Source of the DNA: Podarcis vaucheri
Lineage: Eukaryota
Length of the DNA stretch: 64,000 nt
Strand: one strand, 5' to 3'
NCBI GenBank assembly: GCA_965113315.1
Contig: OZ220368.1
Both the position numbers and the translations under genes were made by a program. The notes beneath the pieces are model-generated. The model was given only the letters and a program-made list of their open reading frames with translations. It did no database searches and was not told the origin of the DNA. This document shows positions 63,165 to 64,000 of this stretch, in pieces. The first letter of the stretch is position 1. Each line of letters begins with the position of its first letter.

Positions 63165-64000
63165 TATATATTTTCAAGGGTTAAACCGTTTTTTACAGCA
63201 CAATCCTTTCCATGTTTACTCAGAGCAGAGTGGGACTAACTTCTAGGTCAGTGCATACAGGCTTGCAGCCTTATAGAACAAACCTATACTCACATTTGGC
63301 CAGAGACCAGATATATGCTTCCCCCATACGGTGGAACAGCTGCTATATCCAAAGGGTGCTCAACATGGGAAGGGAGTGGGAAAAGACACCACACAGAAAA
63401 TATGAAAAGGGATGTAAAGTGATTTACAGGTTTCCATAGAACATGAAAAATGGAACAACAAACTTCCTTTTAAATCTGTATCAGCTCATATGTAAGAAAA
63501 TTCTATAATGCGAGCATTATGCTGCTACCTGACCCTGTAAAGTTAAATAGGATCGAGACTTCCATCTCAGATGTGGCCAAAAGAGGACTTATTTCTTATC
63601 AGGTGGTCCTGTTCAGAGATCTACCTTTTTTAGACATAAGCCTTCAATAAAACTAGAGTGATAACACAACAATCACTAAACCATTTCCCACAAATTAGCC
63701 TCATTAAATATTTTTGATGATTCAATGAGAAATTTTTTTTGCCCAGAGACTGATAATCTTACTATCAACAGCAGTTACATTAACATGAACAAAATAATTG
63801 GAAAAAGTCCCATTTGAATTTATTGTAAGTTTGCTACCATCAACTGCTTTGATGGAAAAATTAACACGTAAAACGAAAACATTAAGAAAAGCAAAAGAGT
63901 CAAGAGAAATATGGTATTGTTTTATTGAATTCGCTTCTAGCAAAAAAAACCCCTAATTTATTTCACCTTGAACTCATGGTAAATTATGGATAACTGACCT

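Overview
Vertebrate genomic DNA, almost certainly from a squamate. The Sauria-type SINEs and squamate-style MITEs point to a lizard, probably a lacertid (inference). Three spliced kinase genes were reconstructed exon by exon from GT/AG boundaries and reading phase. (1) SRPK1, minus strand, coding exons 1-3 (MERKVLALQARKKRTKAKKEKAQRKPETQHRG...EDPNDYCK); the gene runs off the left edge. (2) MAPK14/p38-alpha, plus strand, complete: ATG 17485 to TGA 46219, 1083 nt or 360 aa, with both 80-nt mutually exclusive exons (CSBP2-type and CSBP1-type) behind a U12-type donor. (3) MAPK13/p38-delta, plus strand, coding exons 1-5; it runs off the right edge. SRPK1 and MAPK14 sit head-to-head about 2 kb apart over twin CpG islands, with no room for SLC26A8, which lies between them in human. 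The rest is intronic or intergenic, with SINEs (several with clear target-site duplications), Tc1/mariner- and hAT-type MITEs, LINE fragments, a Penelope-like hairpin and microsatellites. Almost all ORFs in the supplied track are spurious or only overlap single exons. I found no clearly new biological system. The most interesting structure is the U12/U2 hybrid mutually-exclusive-exon switch in MAPK14 with its neighbouring candidate regulatory elements, followed by the compact SRPK1-MAPK14 divergent promoter. Comparisons to human sequences are from memory and were not aligned.
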